The position numbers and the translations under genes were made by a program. A DNA stretch of 45,707 bases from assembly GCA_003344405.1 (NCBI GenBank), contig NOWV01000120.1:186001-231707 (forward strand), written 5' to 3'. A model generated the notes under the pieces. That model saw only the letters and a list, made by a program, of their open reading frames with translations, made no database searches and was not told where the DNA came from. Below are positions 10,113 through 24,816 of the stretch, piece by piece (position 1 is the first letter of the stretch; each line of letters begins with the position of its first letter). The DNA is from Trichoplax sp. H2 (taxonomy: Eukaryota).

Positions 10113-13100
10113 TACCATTCATCTAAATAATTTTCTTTAAATATATTTTACTGCTTTTGATGCGGTATTTGCGATCAATGAATGCAACGTCAGACTTTAG
10201 AATTTTAAAATCTATTTGCATTACATATTTAATGCGAAGAAAGATACAGTACTAGAGTTAGTTAATAATAGATTGCAGAAACTGTTTCTCATTATACGGC
10301 ATATGGTACGGTACTGTAGAACATAATTTAAGCATTCTATTTCGGTGTCATGTTACCTAGCTGACAATACACAATCTAGCTCTATGTTAGGCAGTAATAG
10401 GCAAATTTGATATACGTTACGTATGTTATTGAAACTCATAATTTTATTATAAATGCGGAATTAATAAAACACATCGCTAGCTAAAGCTTTAAAAGAACTT
10501 TAAATATTGTCTTGCTAATCGGTGCATTGTTTTACAATATGATATGATGAACTTTTAAAGAGCACAAATTTTTAAACTTGAATTTTGCTACCTTTGGAAA
10601 CTGAAGTATATCAAATGCAGATAATTACATGTTTTGTCACTTTGGTGCAGTAATCGTCGAGAGATTTTAAGCATGTAGTACGATATTGTGTCGTCCAAAC
10701 CCTGCAAGGACTGTTGTTAAAATTGATTTATCTGACAGCAGCGGCAAAGACTGCTTTTTAACTAGACGTATAACTTCTAAGCTTAACTCTAATATATAAA
10801 CATCAATTACTTTGATCATCAGCACGCCTCAAGCGTGAACTGCTCACGGTGCTCAGTGTACCTGTTTTAGCAATATTTAGCAAGAATTGAAGGATACCAA
10901 TATCACATAGCAATTTATACAACTTAAAACAACTTTTTTATTTCAACTTTGATTCTATAGTCATCAACGCAGAAATCTCCTTATCTTTTGTAACATAAAG
11001 GATATCACAATGATTTTACATAATAGATATAACATAGGCTTATTTTTTAACTTCTCATTATTCCATTTTGGCGATTCTAATCAATTATGCCTTCTCCGGA
11101 TAATAGCATATAATATAGACAATGAGCTATTTACGCTGTTACAAGATATTGTCGTCATGATATAAAACTGTAAAAGCGTTATGTTAATGATTTAATAACA
11201 TTCTAACACGTAAACGAATTGTAATTCTTAATTTAAATTTCGAGTGTGCCTTTTAGATTACTTATAGAGATATCATCAATTGCCAACAATATTCGATTCA
11301 TCGTAGTTGAAGCATACTCATAGAAGTCTAAAATTCACAAAATATAATGAAAGGCAATATATAATACACTGCAATTACAAAAATCCATGAGCATATCCAA
11401 TTTTATATCTAATTTCTTTTATTGCTATTGTCCTATTATTTATTAAAGGATTGTTATCGAAATTTATTAGGAGGGCTTCCATACTAATAAACATGCAGCT
11501 GTAATCTGTGATATACTTAATTACCTTTGTGTATCAATGGTTGTCTTAAATAGCTTGTTCAAGGTAATAATTTTGGTATATAATATTAAAAAACTATAAG
11601 CTAACTTCTATAGCTAAAGAAAATAGTAGATTACTTCATCTAAATTAAAAATTCTGTCTCATTTTTAATTGTGATTGTATTGTATTCTTGCGTGGAGTTT
11701 CGTTGCTATAATACTCCAAGTCTGATAAGTATATGAAGAAGCTATTCGTCGCCTCTAATTATCCGAATTATTTACTAGCTACTACTGATAAATATTATAG
11801 TTTATATCGAAATTTCGGAAAATTTTATGTAAATTTTCCTACAACTTTACACAAGATAAATTAATACGTTTGATACTCGTATATCACCTATACAAACACA
11901 TAAAATACCTTCCTCGCAAAACGTAAAGATTCTCGCCTAACAACTCTTAATAAAATTTGTAACAAATTTATTGCAATTAAAACTAGCCTACCGTATACTG
12001 GATATAACTCGACGGATTAGTGCTAGCTAGTTCAGTTAATTATACTGTAAGCTATATCCAATGATATGCCTATAGTACTGCAAGAAAATGGATAAACGTG
12101 ATAGCGAAAGTCTGATAAGACCATAAGCTATACAACATGAGAAATATGAGACTGGCTACACTGCATTGTTGTAATTCAGTGGGAATAGCAATTATTAAAA
12201 ACCATCTTTAATAAAAATTGATTACGAAATTTTCATAATTTGTAGAAAATTAGGATATTATTAAATATTTATACAAAGATAATCCTTACAGAATTTTACC
12301 CTAATAGAATTCAGTTATATTATTATTGAAGTAACATCTTCCAATATCTAGACAACAATAAATTTAGTGATGTACAATGTGCAGATGGTATGCTGAAAGT
12401 AATAATAATGTTACAACCAAGTTATTTATCCAGTTCATTTACTTGCTCGCGATATAAATTATAACTAGTCTGCTGATTAGTGAGTTATAAACTGCGAAGG
12501 TAATTTATTATAATAATAGTAGCTGTATTCTAAAAATATTTTCTACAGTCGTAATGCAATAATGCACAATACTGTACTTTAGAACGCTTTTTTTCTTCTA
12601 TTTCTTCTGTATTTGACAACAATAAGCGATTTATGAAATGTATAAAATTTTCATTCCATAAGAAACTGTATAGGTAGATATAAGCGCCATTACAGTAAAA
12701 CATTAACGTTGTGCCGTAATTTTAACGCCTATGTTCATGCATTATTTCCATTTTACTTTAAGATTGGGTATAAATTACCGCATAATGCGGGATTGCTTTT
12801 GTTTAGTTTTATTAAATTTCTTTTGATGATCTTAATCAGTTTTCGGTGTTCGGACAATAGCTAACAATGTAAAAATCATGCATTGTGTATACTACAGTAA
12901 CCGATGCTTATAATGAAAATTATAATGACTAGCTATGATATTAAAACATTAATATCAAATTTACTAGTTTATATTAGTTTTAAATTTTAACTCTGACTTT
13001 AACGTAGCTCTTGGATTGCTTATCAAGATCAACTGCCTAAGGCGGTACAGTTTTTTTGTATTCGAAATCCAAATGTATTTAATCCCAAATCGAATGCTTA

Positions 13101-13626
13101 TGATACCATAATGATACTGTCATGTACGCAGTATGATTTTAAGTAGATCTTACAACTGAGGTCTATAGTACGCTATATTGCATCTGAACGTTAGGAACAG
13201 CATCAGTTTAATCAAATGATGTTAGTATAAACATTTCAATGAGGTCCATGGTCTAAATTATAGATCACTTCCTTTGAAATAATTCTGCTGCAGTAGAGCA
13301 GCAAATGAAATCACACATTTATGCTATACTGGTAAAAGGCTCTCGGGCCTACATATTTACTGAGTGACTGTGCCAAGACTCGTATACTTAGTCACTCCTT
13401 CTACGTTCAGTACAGTATGCCACGAATTATTGGCAAAGTGATCACTTTCTCTTTCTGCTGGTTCCATGATTCGATCGCAATACAGTGTACTTTGCCGTAT
13501 TAGATTCTGCAGTGTTCGTACTGTGTTACTATCGAATAATTCCATTAACATCCTGACATGGAATTGACTAAAAAGAGTTTGATTGGCTAGTAACACTTCG
13601 AACCAAGCATAAAAATTACGCCTAGC

Positions 13627-16600
13627 ATGTTTAAACAGTCTATCATTATTACTTTCATTTTTACATTGGTGATATCAATCATTCGTGGAGGTTACTGTGA
13701 AGTTATTAGAAGTAATGCATCTTTCTCAACAATTTATAACTTAATACGTAAGTGATTTAATAACAAGGTAGTCAACGATTTTTATTAATTAATACATGAG
13801 GTGAGGTGAAAAATTTTAGTCACAAGTTGTTCGCATCATAATTACTGTTAATATTACTGCGTTCGCACATTTATTTTTATACCTTAATGATTGAATTTCT
13901 ATAAGGTTTCTCATTTTGATCTATGCTAGTAATAGACATTGAAAAATCGTTACAAACCCTAGCATACTCTTTACTGATACTTGACCACTTTCATATCTTC
14001 AACACACAATTAAAGTACGAATTTTAAAAGGGCTTGCTAGCATTCACAACGTAGCTAACTTATTTCTTAAATTTCAAGTAATTCATTAAACTTACTGAAT
14101 TTAACAACAGTTTTCTTTTTCGATTAAACATCCTTTGTAATTAATTTATTATAATTCGACTGCGCTGAAATATACTATACAGTATTGCACGAATAGTAAA
14201 GCCTAGAAAATTATACCTTGATGAAGTATGTATCTCATTCCATTTTGTATGCATGTTGAGTATTAATGAGCAAGAAGGTTATAAATTTGCTATAAATGCG
14301 ATGGCGCTGTAATGCAATACATGATAACTTTTAACGGGGAATACCGTCATCCTAAAATTAACCAACCAAACCTCAGACTTATAAAATAATGATGAGAAAA
14401 TTATAATAGGCATGATCGCGTAGAATAGCTAACAAATTAATAGCCAAGGTACAAATTCAAAAGACAAAATTTATAAAATTTTAACGGAAAATACTGAAAT
14501 TAATCAACGAAACATCAAACTTATAAATAATGATGAGAAAAGTGCAATAAGTGTAGCCATGTAAGATGATTCAAAAATTGATATGAAATGTACAAATTCA
14601 AAGAGAGTAGATTTATCACCTTGCCGGAGCCAATCAACCAAAAGAAAAAATAAACTATTCTCGATTAATAATAAAAGTAGAGTATTTTATATCTCAAATT
14701 TCTCTAGCTTCTGACTTCTCTACTACTAAACTTCCCAAATTCATCGCCCTTTCCAAAAGAGTTGGCGGTATTATGACTGTAGTTACAGTTTTATACCTCT
14801 CTAAAATAATGCCAATATGTGGTACTACAAATCACCCAAAATTAAGATACCTCGCACCGTATCATTCCCTTTAAATTCAGAGCACAAATCTCGTCATTGA
14901 TAAACTATTATAACGTAGAATAAAATGTTTATTATTATAATAAAAAATATGATTTATTTAGGGCCTCCAATCTCAAGTACGAGTTGCGATTTTGAGAAAT
15001 ATAATTGTCAATGGATTGATCTGGTTGGTATGAGTGCATTTTTTTGGCGTCGAAATCAAACACAAATGCAAACAAGTAAATTTAGTCCAATCGCAGATCA
15101 TACATATCAGAATGGTGAGTCTTTAGGGGCAATGAAATTCCTTTGATTGATTTCTTGGTTACTGATATAATGTTTGCTGATATTATAGTTTCGCCAAGTA
15201 GGCGTAAATGAGATTCCTATCAACCTTTCGAAGTTACAACCAAATTTTTTAAGCATATTCTTTAATTTTAGAGATTATTAAGATATAAGAAATAGCTGTA
15301 CTCGAAACATATTTTTGTGTGAAATACGGTTGATTCATTGATAATAGTAACTTTCATAATAAAAGCTTGTAAAATGTTGCTTGTGGATAAAATCGATAAT
15401 TTATTGAGTTTACTGGATAATAAAAGACTCAATTGAAAGATCGAAATAAATTTCAGAGTGTGACATAATAATTCCCGTACTTTGGTATTTAATAATCCTA
15501 TCCGTTCTTGAAGACAGGGGATTTTTCTTACTTATACAAAATTTGGATTATAAAATATTGGGGGAAGTTGCAGAAATTCTGAGTCCTCCCTTATTTCTAC
15601 CTTTACGTATTAACAATGCTATTGTAAGTACCATATTTTGATACTGGATTTCTTTTGCGACTTGTATCACTGGGTCATAACAAATTTTTACAGCTGCAAT
15701 AACGCTAAAATTTTGCAGTTAAACGTGCTTTTATTCATATCTAAAATCAATAGCAGTAAATGTACTGTAAGCTGTAGTCAATATGTGTTTTTTTATTTGT
15801 CATGATAGTGTAGCAAAGCAATATACATTAAGTAGTATACGCACATTGTTAACTGGATATAACTTACCTTTACTGTTTACTCCAATTTCTGGGTTTTTGC
15901 AGATAAAATTTTATTTTAGCATGTATGGACCAGGGGTAGGCAGCTTGTTAGTTTATGCAATTTACCCTAAATATGATAAAGATATTTCACGTCATCTACT
16001 ATGGGAAAGGACAGGTAGCATCCATGATCGAAATTGGCATAAGAAAACAATTTCTTTTACTCCAAAGTATTGGGAATATCAGGTAGGCTTCTATTATAAG
16101 AGTAGTTAGTAAAATTATTCGATACAATAGATGTTGTAGTGTATTTTTTTTGTTTTGATAGGTTTTTAAAATCGTAGACACATCTGAATATAACTATAAA
16201 TTAATAAAACCATATATATGAATATATGTGTGTTACAAATCTCCTTTGTAACAAGAAACCGGGTCTTAAACACTATCTTCACTAGTACTCGTGTTCCCAA
16301 CTAACTTAGGGGCCTATCGTAGTTGAACTAACTCTCAGATACACAAATAAGCTACTAATGAGTAATAGCTTTAAATAATTCACTTTATTTTCGTTAAACT
16401 TAGTCGTAAATGTACTAAAGAAAAACGCAAGAATATTCTTAGCAATAATAGTCAAAAGATCCTGCAAGTGACTAACTGGAACTGAGCAGCTAAGCTAGTG
16501 CTCGGCTTTTTATAGTCTCGGCCAGCACCGATGGTACACTTGTGAATATTCTTGACATAGCGACTTACACTGTACAGTACAGTATACATATCCTAGTATA

Positions 16601-19600
16601 GCAACTAGAGCCTCAAGGCTCTGCAAAGTAGTCGGTCGACCTTACACTTAAGGTGTTGTTAATTAACATTTACTGACTAAGCGTGTTAGCTCCGACACGT
16701 CAACAATATTGAACCTTGGCAATAACAAGTACTTATTAATAAACATTAATATCTAATAAGCTACTGGAGCAAACAATAATTGAAACGAGATGTTTTAATT
16801 AACATAGCAATTAATATTTCGGAGCATCGCTCCGTAACAGCGTGGTATAGATGACAGCCTTATTAATTTATTTGCAGATTGCAATACGCGGTACCATAGG
16901 TATTTCATTACATAGCAGTATTGGCTTGGACGACCTTATAGTCCATCCTGAAGGTGATGAAAGCATGAATAATATAAATCGTATGCGACTAGATACTGGT
17001 TAAGCATGATTTGCATACTCAAATTAAAATGTTGAAGACATATTCCGTGGACAAGCATGACGTACAATAGCAATTCACTTTATTCAGAAGATTCAGCAAC
17101 TAAACTCAGACTTTGCATATGTAAAATTTAAAATTTCTTCTTGATTTATTTACTAGGATAATGTCGTACGATAGTGTAAAATACGGTGTTGATTTGACTT
17201 TATTGCTGCTTTCGTGAATTTTTTAGTACCAAAATATGAAAATGTGTCATTTAAGATATATAATAGCCGTTATAAGAAATTTATTGAACGTAAGGCTATT
17301 AATTCAGGGATAGACTTAAAGATTTCTTAACTTTGCTTAATAGAGTTACATTGCTTTACTGATCGTGGCCAATATTATAGCGGAACATCATCTTTTACGG
17401 CTAATCGAACAATGTGCAAATATTGGAATGACACCATGATTTACAATAAGTTATTTAAAGAAAGAGAGAATAATGATGAAAGTTTACAAAATAACTATTG
17501 CCGAAATCCTGAACTTTTGCATGCTAGACCATGGTGCTATATCGACAGTTCTACGTTGCAATGGGGTTATTGCAACATTTCTTCTTGCAATAATCCTTCA
17601 AATTTTAATACGATGACTAGTATCAGGAAAGGTATATCATTATTCTCTACCTGGAGATGTATAACTTGCTAATACTATGTAGCGCCTGTATAACAAAATT
17701 TGATGCGAACCTATTACTTTATGCCACGAAGGACGCTATACAGTTTATAAACGATTTATAAGTTTAAGGATGATTCAATATAAATAATTATGAAAGAAAT
17801 AATGTGCGTATATCGTATGTTTATTCTCAAATACTAGGTGGAATGTTGGTTAGATTGATTGAAAGATTTAATTTTGCTCGAGTTGTTGTGTATCATGAAG
17901 GTCAATGGAGAGCTATTTGTAGTGAACTTTTCGACATTCCAGCAGCTTCGGTGATTTGTCGTCAATCAGGTTTACCTACGCCGGGCTATCCACGAGGTAA
18001 GATACAATGCTGATATTTTACCAGCTATAACTGCTTTAACATTGCGAGACTTTATGAAATTAGTTCTACTCCGCCTACAGTATATTATTTTACTTAGGTT
18101 AAATTTTTTCAACCTTATTTCTATTCAGAATTTAATAGCGATATTGGTAGTCCATGCTTACGAAATTTTCGTTGTACCGGATTAGAAGGCAACTTTTCTC
18201 AATGCACAACTTTTGATCGTGACGGAACGCCTTATGAATATTCTCGATATCAAACTGGTGTTATATGTGGAACTGAAAGTAATACATCAGTTTCACTTAA
18301 TTCAGTCTATGTTAAGATTTAATTTGACTCGATGATACTATTGATAAAAAATGCTTGGACATCAGATTAATGGCAGAATTACATTTGTGTACGAAAAGAT
18401 CAGACCGCTAAAAGTAACTTATATTGTTTTATATCTCCAACGGAAAGGGCAGATTATAAATGAAAGATTGAATAATCTGTACTTGTTGCCTCTTTTTAAC
18501 GTAATGCTCACTTACTAATTTTTTATAGAAAAATTCGAAATGGCATATGATTTTTCAGGTAATGATATCTTATGCGCTAATTACTTCCATATCTGATTTA
18601 TATTCAAATTATTATTTGCTAATTCCTAGTTTATCATCATTGATGTTTTAGCCGATTGATATAAATTTATAAAATTAGGAACGTTGAATTTATAAGATTT
18701 TAAGTGAACATACATATGAGCGTATTTAGTAAAACAGCTTTTATATATACCTTCACATCTCGGCAAATATCCAAGTTGTGAAGTAATTTTTTATCATTTT
18801 AATGGCTGATGTAATATTTACTGATATAGAAACCTATGAGGAATAATTCAATGCTAAAAAGTGCTTTTTTATATAACTTAAAATATAGAAGTTCCATTGA
18901 CATCAACTTCTTGCGATTTTGAGTATGGATTTTGTGGCTGGCATCATGTTTTCGGAACCAGCTCCACGATGTGGTACCGTAATAAAATAGAAGGAAAATA
19001 CCATGATTACCAATCTGGTACAATGAAGTCTCAGAATGATGGTAAATCTTTACATATCAGGGACTCGCTTAATATATACCACAATGCACTAAGTTAAATC
19101 AAACAAGTAAATGTTATGCAGTTTATGATGTTGAAAAGGAATATCATAAGTACAAAACACAAGCTCGTTCAAATTATTAATACGATCGATATAGCTGGGA
19201 ATTGTCATATAACTTTCTATCTAGTAAGAATGATAATTAGAAATTTTCGGTTACTATGACAAAACCTTGCTTTAAATCAAAACGCTTGGAGATGGAAAAT
19301 ATTCATCTTTATTTATCCTCGAAGACAGCTGATTTAAAATCGTTTATTTGAGAGAAGTGAAAATTTAAACATTAACTATAGCTTAAAGCTGAATTAATTT
19401 AAGAAAAATGGGGTAAAATTTTCTTTCATAAAATGTTACAATACCAATTTAAGGAAAATTTACTTTATTAACCGGCAATTACGATGACGTAATGAACGAG
19501 TTTTTAACCCTTAAAGGAATTACTGTAGAAATTAAATTAGTGCACTGCACGGGTTTACATTTTGTATTAAAATACAGTAGTACTTTATATTGATGTTAGC

Positions 19601-22384
19601 TACGGACTCTTATGCACATAAACAGTTTATTTTCATGCTATTCTTCGACAGCTGAATTCCTGATTATGATGTTGCAGTACGATATTGAAAATTCATAAAT
19701 TGTTACGTTCTGGATGTAATTAGGGCATGGCTGGCGCTTAATAAATGGCCGGAAAAACACTAGAGATACTAGAGGTTTAGCTGAGATAAGTAGTCCTTCT
19801 ATGATTCTACCTTCAGAAGCACAAGCAGTCTTCGTATGTATCGTCTTAACAGTATTTTTACACTGATGCGATACGGTACTAGTTCTCAGCCTTTGACAAA
19901 AATAATAAACGTAATGAACAGATTTGATTGCAATATATAAATAATTCGATAATTATTTTTATTTATCTTTCTTTAAGTCGCTAATAAACTAAGGATGTTT
20001 CTATTTATACTTCTTACATTAGTTAGAATTTTATCTAAAGAGATTTGGATCTGGAACTCGTACTTTGAGAGTTTTTGTAGTTTATCCGCGATACGATTCT
20101 AGCCTTAGCTATCATTTGCTACTGATTGATGGAACGTTGTACAAGAACTGGTACAAAGTGACTAAAGTCTTTCAACGACAATTTCCGGGTTACCAGGTAC
20201 CGTAAGTTGGATATAAAATAGCTAATGTAGCTGATATAGTATGCCATGGAAAGCGAAGAATAAACTTGTTAGTTCTTCTTATCAAGAATACCTACCTGTA
20301 TTTAATAATTTGTTCGTGCTTACAGATTATTATTCGATCTGAAGATTTCGGAATCGCTATTGATGATATTTTCATATACCCCTTAGGTATAGAAGTATTA
20401 CATCAATGTAACTTTTAAATTCACTCTTATTTAGTATTCTATCGCGAAATATAGACCATTTCAATTAAACATATAGGCGTGTTCCATATAGGAATGTTTC
20501 GATTTAGGGATATTTCATACCTATACAGCAATAAAATTTTTGCTATGATTGTCTTCCTTTATTTAGAGACGAATTGCTATACCGAAGACGGTAGATTTTA
20601 TGCCGGGCAAACATCAGTTGCAATCAATGGTAGTCATTGCATCGATTGGAGGAGCCCAAAAGTCTCAGTAAAACCTAGTGCAAGGATTAATTATGCAAAC
20701 AACTACTGTCGCAATCCTGATGAGGCACATTCAGCGCCTTGGTGCTACACCGACATGGATACTAATCCAAGTTGGGACTATTGCAATATCACGCCATGTT
20801 CAATTCCAGAAAATAATGGTCCTACTTATAATATTAGTTCATGTCAGTTAGATGTTTAAATTTGCTAGTTTGCTTTATGCTTTGCCATCATCAAAATCAC
20901 ACTGTATCGTCATCATGATCGCATTGGTAAATATTATAGTTTCAGATAATATTCCTATCATGTTGATGGGAGGTAACCACGGACGAATAGCTGTATATCG
21001 TAATGGGGTGTGGGGTTCTATTTGTGGCGATTCTCTAACAAGCGCGGATGCAACCGTTATCTGTCGACAGCTGGGCTTGCCGACACCTGGATTAATAACC
21101 TGTAATGGAAATAGACAAATACTTAGTTTAGAATTACTATCCTTATAAACTATTTTTAAAATTAATGAATATTGTTGCAATAAACAATATTTGTTATCAT
21201 TAATTCGTATTGAAAATGAAAAAGAATCCGAAATCGATCGCAAATTAATTTTACAATTTTGCTCTATTGTCATTGTCTTGCCTCGCTTCGCGTAAAGCCT
21301 CCATCAATAATGATACTTACCTAAATTATTAGTTGTAAGAAATATTTTGTAGCAGTAATGATTCAATTAATGTTGTTAATGTTTATAATATTTAAAGCAA
21401 TCGTGGGCGCAATGCTGTAAGCGGTCAAACAGACAGGTCATTTATTCTTATTACGAAGGCATGGTACATAAAATTATAATTAATTTATTCTTAGAGGGGA
21501 TAAATAAATAGTAAAGTTGCAATCTCGAGTAATTTTAATGCAAAATTTAATCTGTGGTATATTTTATTTTAATAGAAATTTTAGTTAGGGATGGAAGCTA
21601 TAGTTATAAAAATAAATTTTTATTAATATCTGATACACTGTACTATAATTGATTTTTTATAATGGAAAACTCTTAATATTTAAAGATTTCATTTATGGCT
21701 CAGGACCTATTCGGATAGACAAAATGTCACGTTATGGATCAGAATCTACTATATCTCAGTGTCCTATATCGTCTTCGGGTATATCAACCTGCAAATTCTT
21801 TAGAAGCGCAGGAGTTATATGCGAAAAACTTAGACCATCAGCACTAAAAAATTTGACATCGTCAAAATCGAATGGAAATGGTATTATAATTTAATAAATT
21901 ATCCGTAATTATGCTTAATACTGTACCTCAGGAATCTATAATCTCACCATAGTTTTTCCTTTTTAGTAAATTTAACGAAGAACCATCGAGAAAATGCAAT
22001 TATGATAACAATTGGATGTATTTTGGCAGCCATCGCTAGCATAACTTTTACTGCAGCGTATTATTTTCGTAGATTTTGGAAACGAAATGCATATCAAAGG
22101 GAAGGTGAGTGTCACTACCCAATGAATGACCTGAAGAAATTATGCTGATCTTATGGATTATTTTAATTTAACATTTGCTTTTAGACTGGTTACTAGTGTT
22201 TATTATTTATACTTTATCACTAAAGTCCATGAAAATTTTACAATCAATATTTCGTATGCAAATATTTCTATAAATGTTGGATTTGATATTAAAACTAAAG
22301 AAATTTCTATTTACAGAACCTGAAGCCTATAGGCAGCAAATGGATAGACGAAATCTAAATAAGGGTTATCCGCCAACATATTAA
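13627..22384 (+). CDS. Type I membrane protein: SP-MAM-Kringle-SRCR-MAM-Kringle-SRCR-TM-cytoplasmic tail ending PPTY
   Basis: 18 phase-consistent exons: 13627-13747 (signal peptide MFKQSIIITFIFTLVISIIRG); MAM1 14962-15114, 15514-15623, 15903-16082, 16878-16953 (SCDFE..C.W, ADHT, IGLDDL); kringle 17344-17631 (NYCRNP..PWCY); SRCR 17838-17996, 18129-18278; linker 18529-18558; MAM2 18889-19041, 19724-19833, 20023-20196, 20326-20386; kringle 20567-20818; SRCR 20946-21101, 21686-21880; TM 21967-22104 (AIMITIGCILAAIASITFTAAYYF-RRFWKR); tail 22317-22384. Confidence 0.88.
14356..14618 (+). repeat. Degenerate ~141-bp tandem duplication in intron 1 of the first receptor gene
   Basis: AATTAA(C/T)CAAC..AAC.TCA.ACTTATAAA..TAATGATGAGAAAA ... 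GTACAAATTCAAA occurs at ~14356 and ~14497. Confidence 0.7.
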
Positions 22385-24816
22385 GCTTCCCATAGATAAG
22401 GTGTAATCGCTAATGCAACTTGTATCCATCCATGATGACAAAAATCGAGCCATTAATATGAAATTTCTAAAGAGGTCCCAGTGGTCAATGTTTTACTATG
22501 TTGATTTCAATATAAGTCTAGGCATTATAATTATTATATTACCCGCCATATAGTCACCATGAAGAAATGATATCATTGCCGTAAATTTGAGTTACACTAT
22601 CATAAGTTTTTCAATCTAAAATTCCGTTATGTCACGTTTATGGGATTATTCGTATTACGGTGGAATAGGTAGGAAATCACATCCGTATATAAAACTTGCT
22701 AATTTAAACTTAGATACAATCAACGAATAAACAAAATAACATGTTAAGTTTATATCTATAGTTTCTATTCCAACATTATTTCATATTTCTTAAATTAGAT
22801 TACCCGTAATTAACGTAGGATATCCTTATCAGCAGTGCTTTGCTGTCTGTATCATTTGCATATCGTTGAGTTCGTATCCACATGGTGGCATAAATTATGC
22901 AGTAAAATTGATTAATATCATAAGTTTCTTGTATAAGTTATGAAAGAATTGGTTCATTGGCATTACTATTAATTAATAGAAGGAAACCGAGAGCATTATG
23001 TAAACGAAATAGAATTTTAATTTACATTGAGGATTATTGTACAGATCCATTTATGCCTAGAAAAGGTTTTGATTTACTGACGTTAATGCAGGTATTTACT
23101 TACATGATTACACTTGTCCTCGTAATGATACTGTATTATGAAGTTCCAAAAAATTTTGGTAATTTAAGTTTGTTGACAAGGAACGGGCATGCTATTTATT
23201 GTAGCCTACACTCAAGTAAGGAATATTATAGAGCTTCTTAAAAACATTAAATATTTCCATCCATTACGGAATCACTGACTCATTTGCGTATAAATAATTT
23301 CTTGTTTTTTCATTTATACTGTATTGATAATTAATGATATACTTGTACTTATAGAATCAATATGTCGATATCTCCGTATTACAGCGTACTTACAATTAAT
23401 TAATTGACTATAAAAGAAATATTTAAATAAAGCGTCACTAAAATTGACGTTCGTTATAGCAATCTGTTGTGGTAAGGTAAAATCTATACTTTTAAAACAA
23501 ACTAATGATGATGAGATTTGTAGTACAATTTGATGGTAGTACACAGTACGAGTATTTTTATCGAGGTGACTTAAGGAAAGTTCCATACAAATATATACAT
23601 GAAGTAATATAATGCTTGGGTTTACAGCCCCTCAGGTTCGCAATCGTCTAACACAAAATCTGAGTTATTAATAAAATTGAGCAAATCTGTAACGCGACAC
23701 AAAATCAGGTAAATACCGTATTTAAACTTAAAAAGTATCGTTTATTAATAGAACGTTAGATAAGAGTTGAATTCACTTTTCTTCCGCCATAATAACAGTC
23801 GAAAGTGGCTAAGATAAACCGGATAATCGACTTGGTCTCCATGACTTAGGACGATTTAATCTTATCTAATATGATATCAGGAGCAGAAAGTCTATGAGAA
23901 CCTACAGCAACGACAGAATTTATCATTTACTGTTCACCAGATATCCTTAACTGATCGTGAACTAATATGATATTTACAGTCTGTTTCAATTAGCCTTTAA
24001 GCTTTCCTCCAATGCTACTACGGATAACTATTCTTGCTGATACATCAGTATTGTATACTTTGTATCGTCGATTTAAAGTATCATACTGGCCCAATTAACA
24101 GTGCTACAAGTAAAGGAAAATTTGCCTAATTCTTTAATAAGTGGAAGAAACCTTGCTTCTTATTTCATTTTAATTGTTAAAAGCTATTTAGTATTACCTT
24201 GGTTTGTTTATGTATTGATACGTGCTATAGCATTTTATACAGTATTATAGTTGTAGAATAGCTGAAAATCAGTTGGTACAATAGTATAACATGTAAACTA
24301 AATTCATCGCGTTATATTTTTGGTGGTACCTGATACTGCAAGGTAGCAAATAACCCACGTGATAGTTTTTCTACCAGTAAAATTACAACTTTCCAATTGG
24401 TTGCCAATGCAACCGAATCAAGGCGTAACAAACTAATATAGAAATTATATCTCTTTTATCAGTGACTACAATAATATTTTCATAATATATCAACATTTTA
24501 TTATCGTTGTTACAGTATAAAAGTAGAGGCGAAAGTAAGCTATCAAGTTCGTTAGAAGAATTGTATTCTGGTCTAGCTACAGAATATTAGTCCATGGTGC
24601 GTAACTGAAGGGTTAATTTAAACTCTATTACTGACAGCTATCTTTGGAAATGATTGATGAATGAGCAAATTGGTGATATTACACTATACCTTAGCCTAGT
24701 ATAATTGATAATATTAGCCTTAATCAACCCTAATATAATAAAGGCTATAGTCTATTAGTCAGAACATTACTTTGGGTTGTCATTATCATCACTAAGAACG
24801 TTTAACGGCATCAAAT

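Noticed and set aside
11449-11563. Possible extra upstream exon of the first receptor (…HAAVIC…)
   Set aside because: A complete signal-peptide exon exists at 13627, and this segment has no linked exons.
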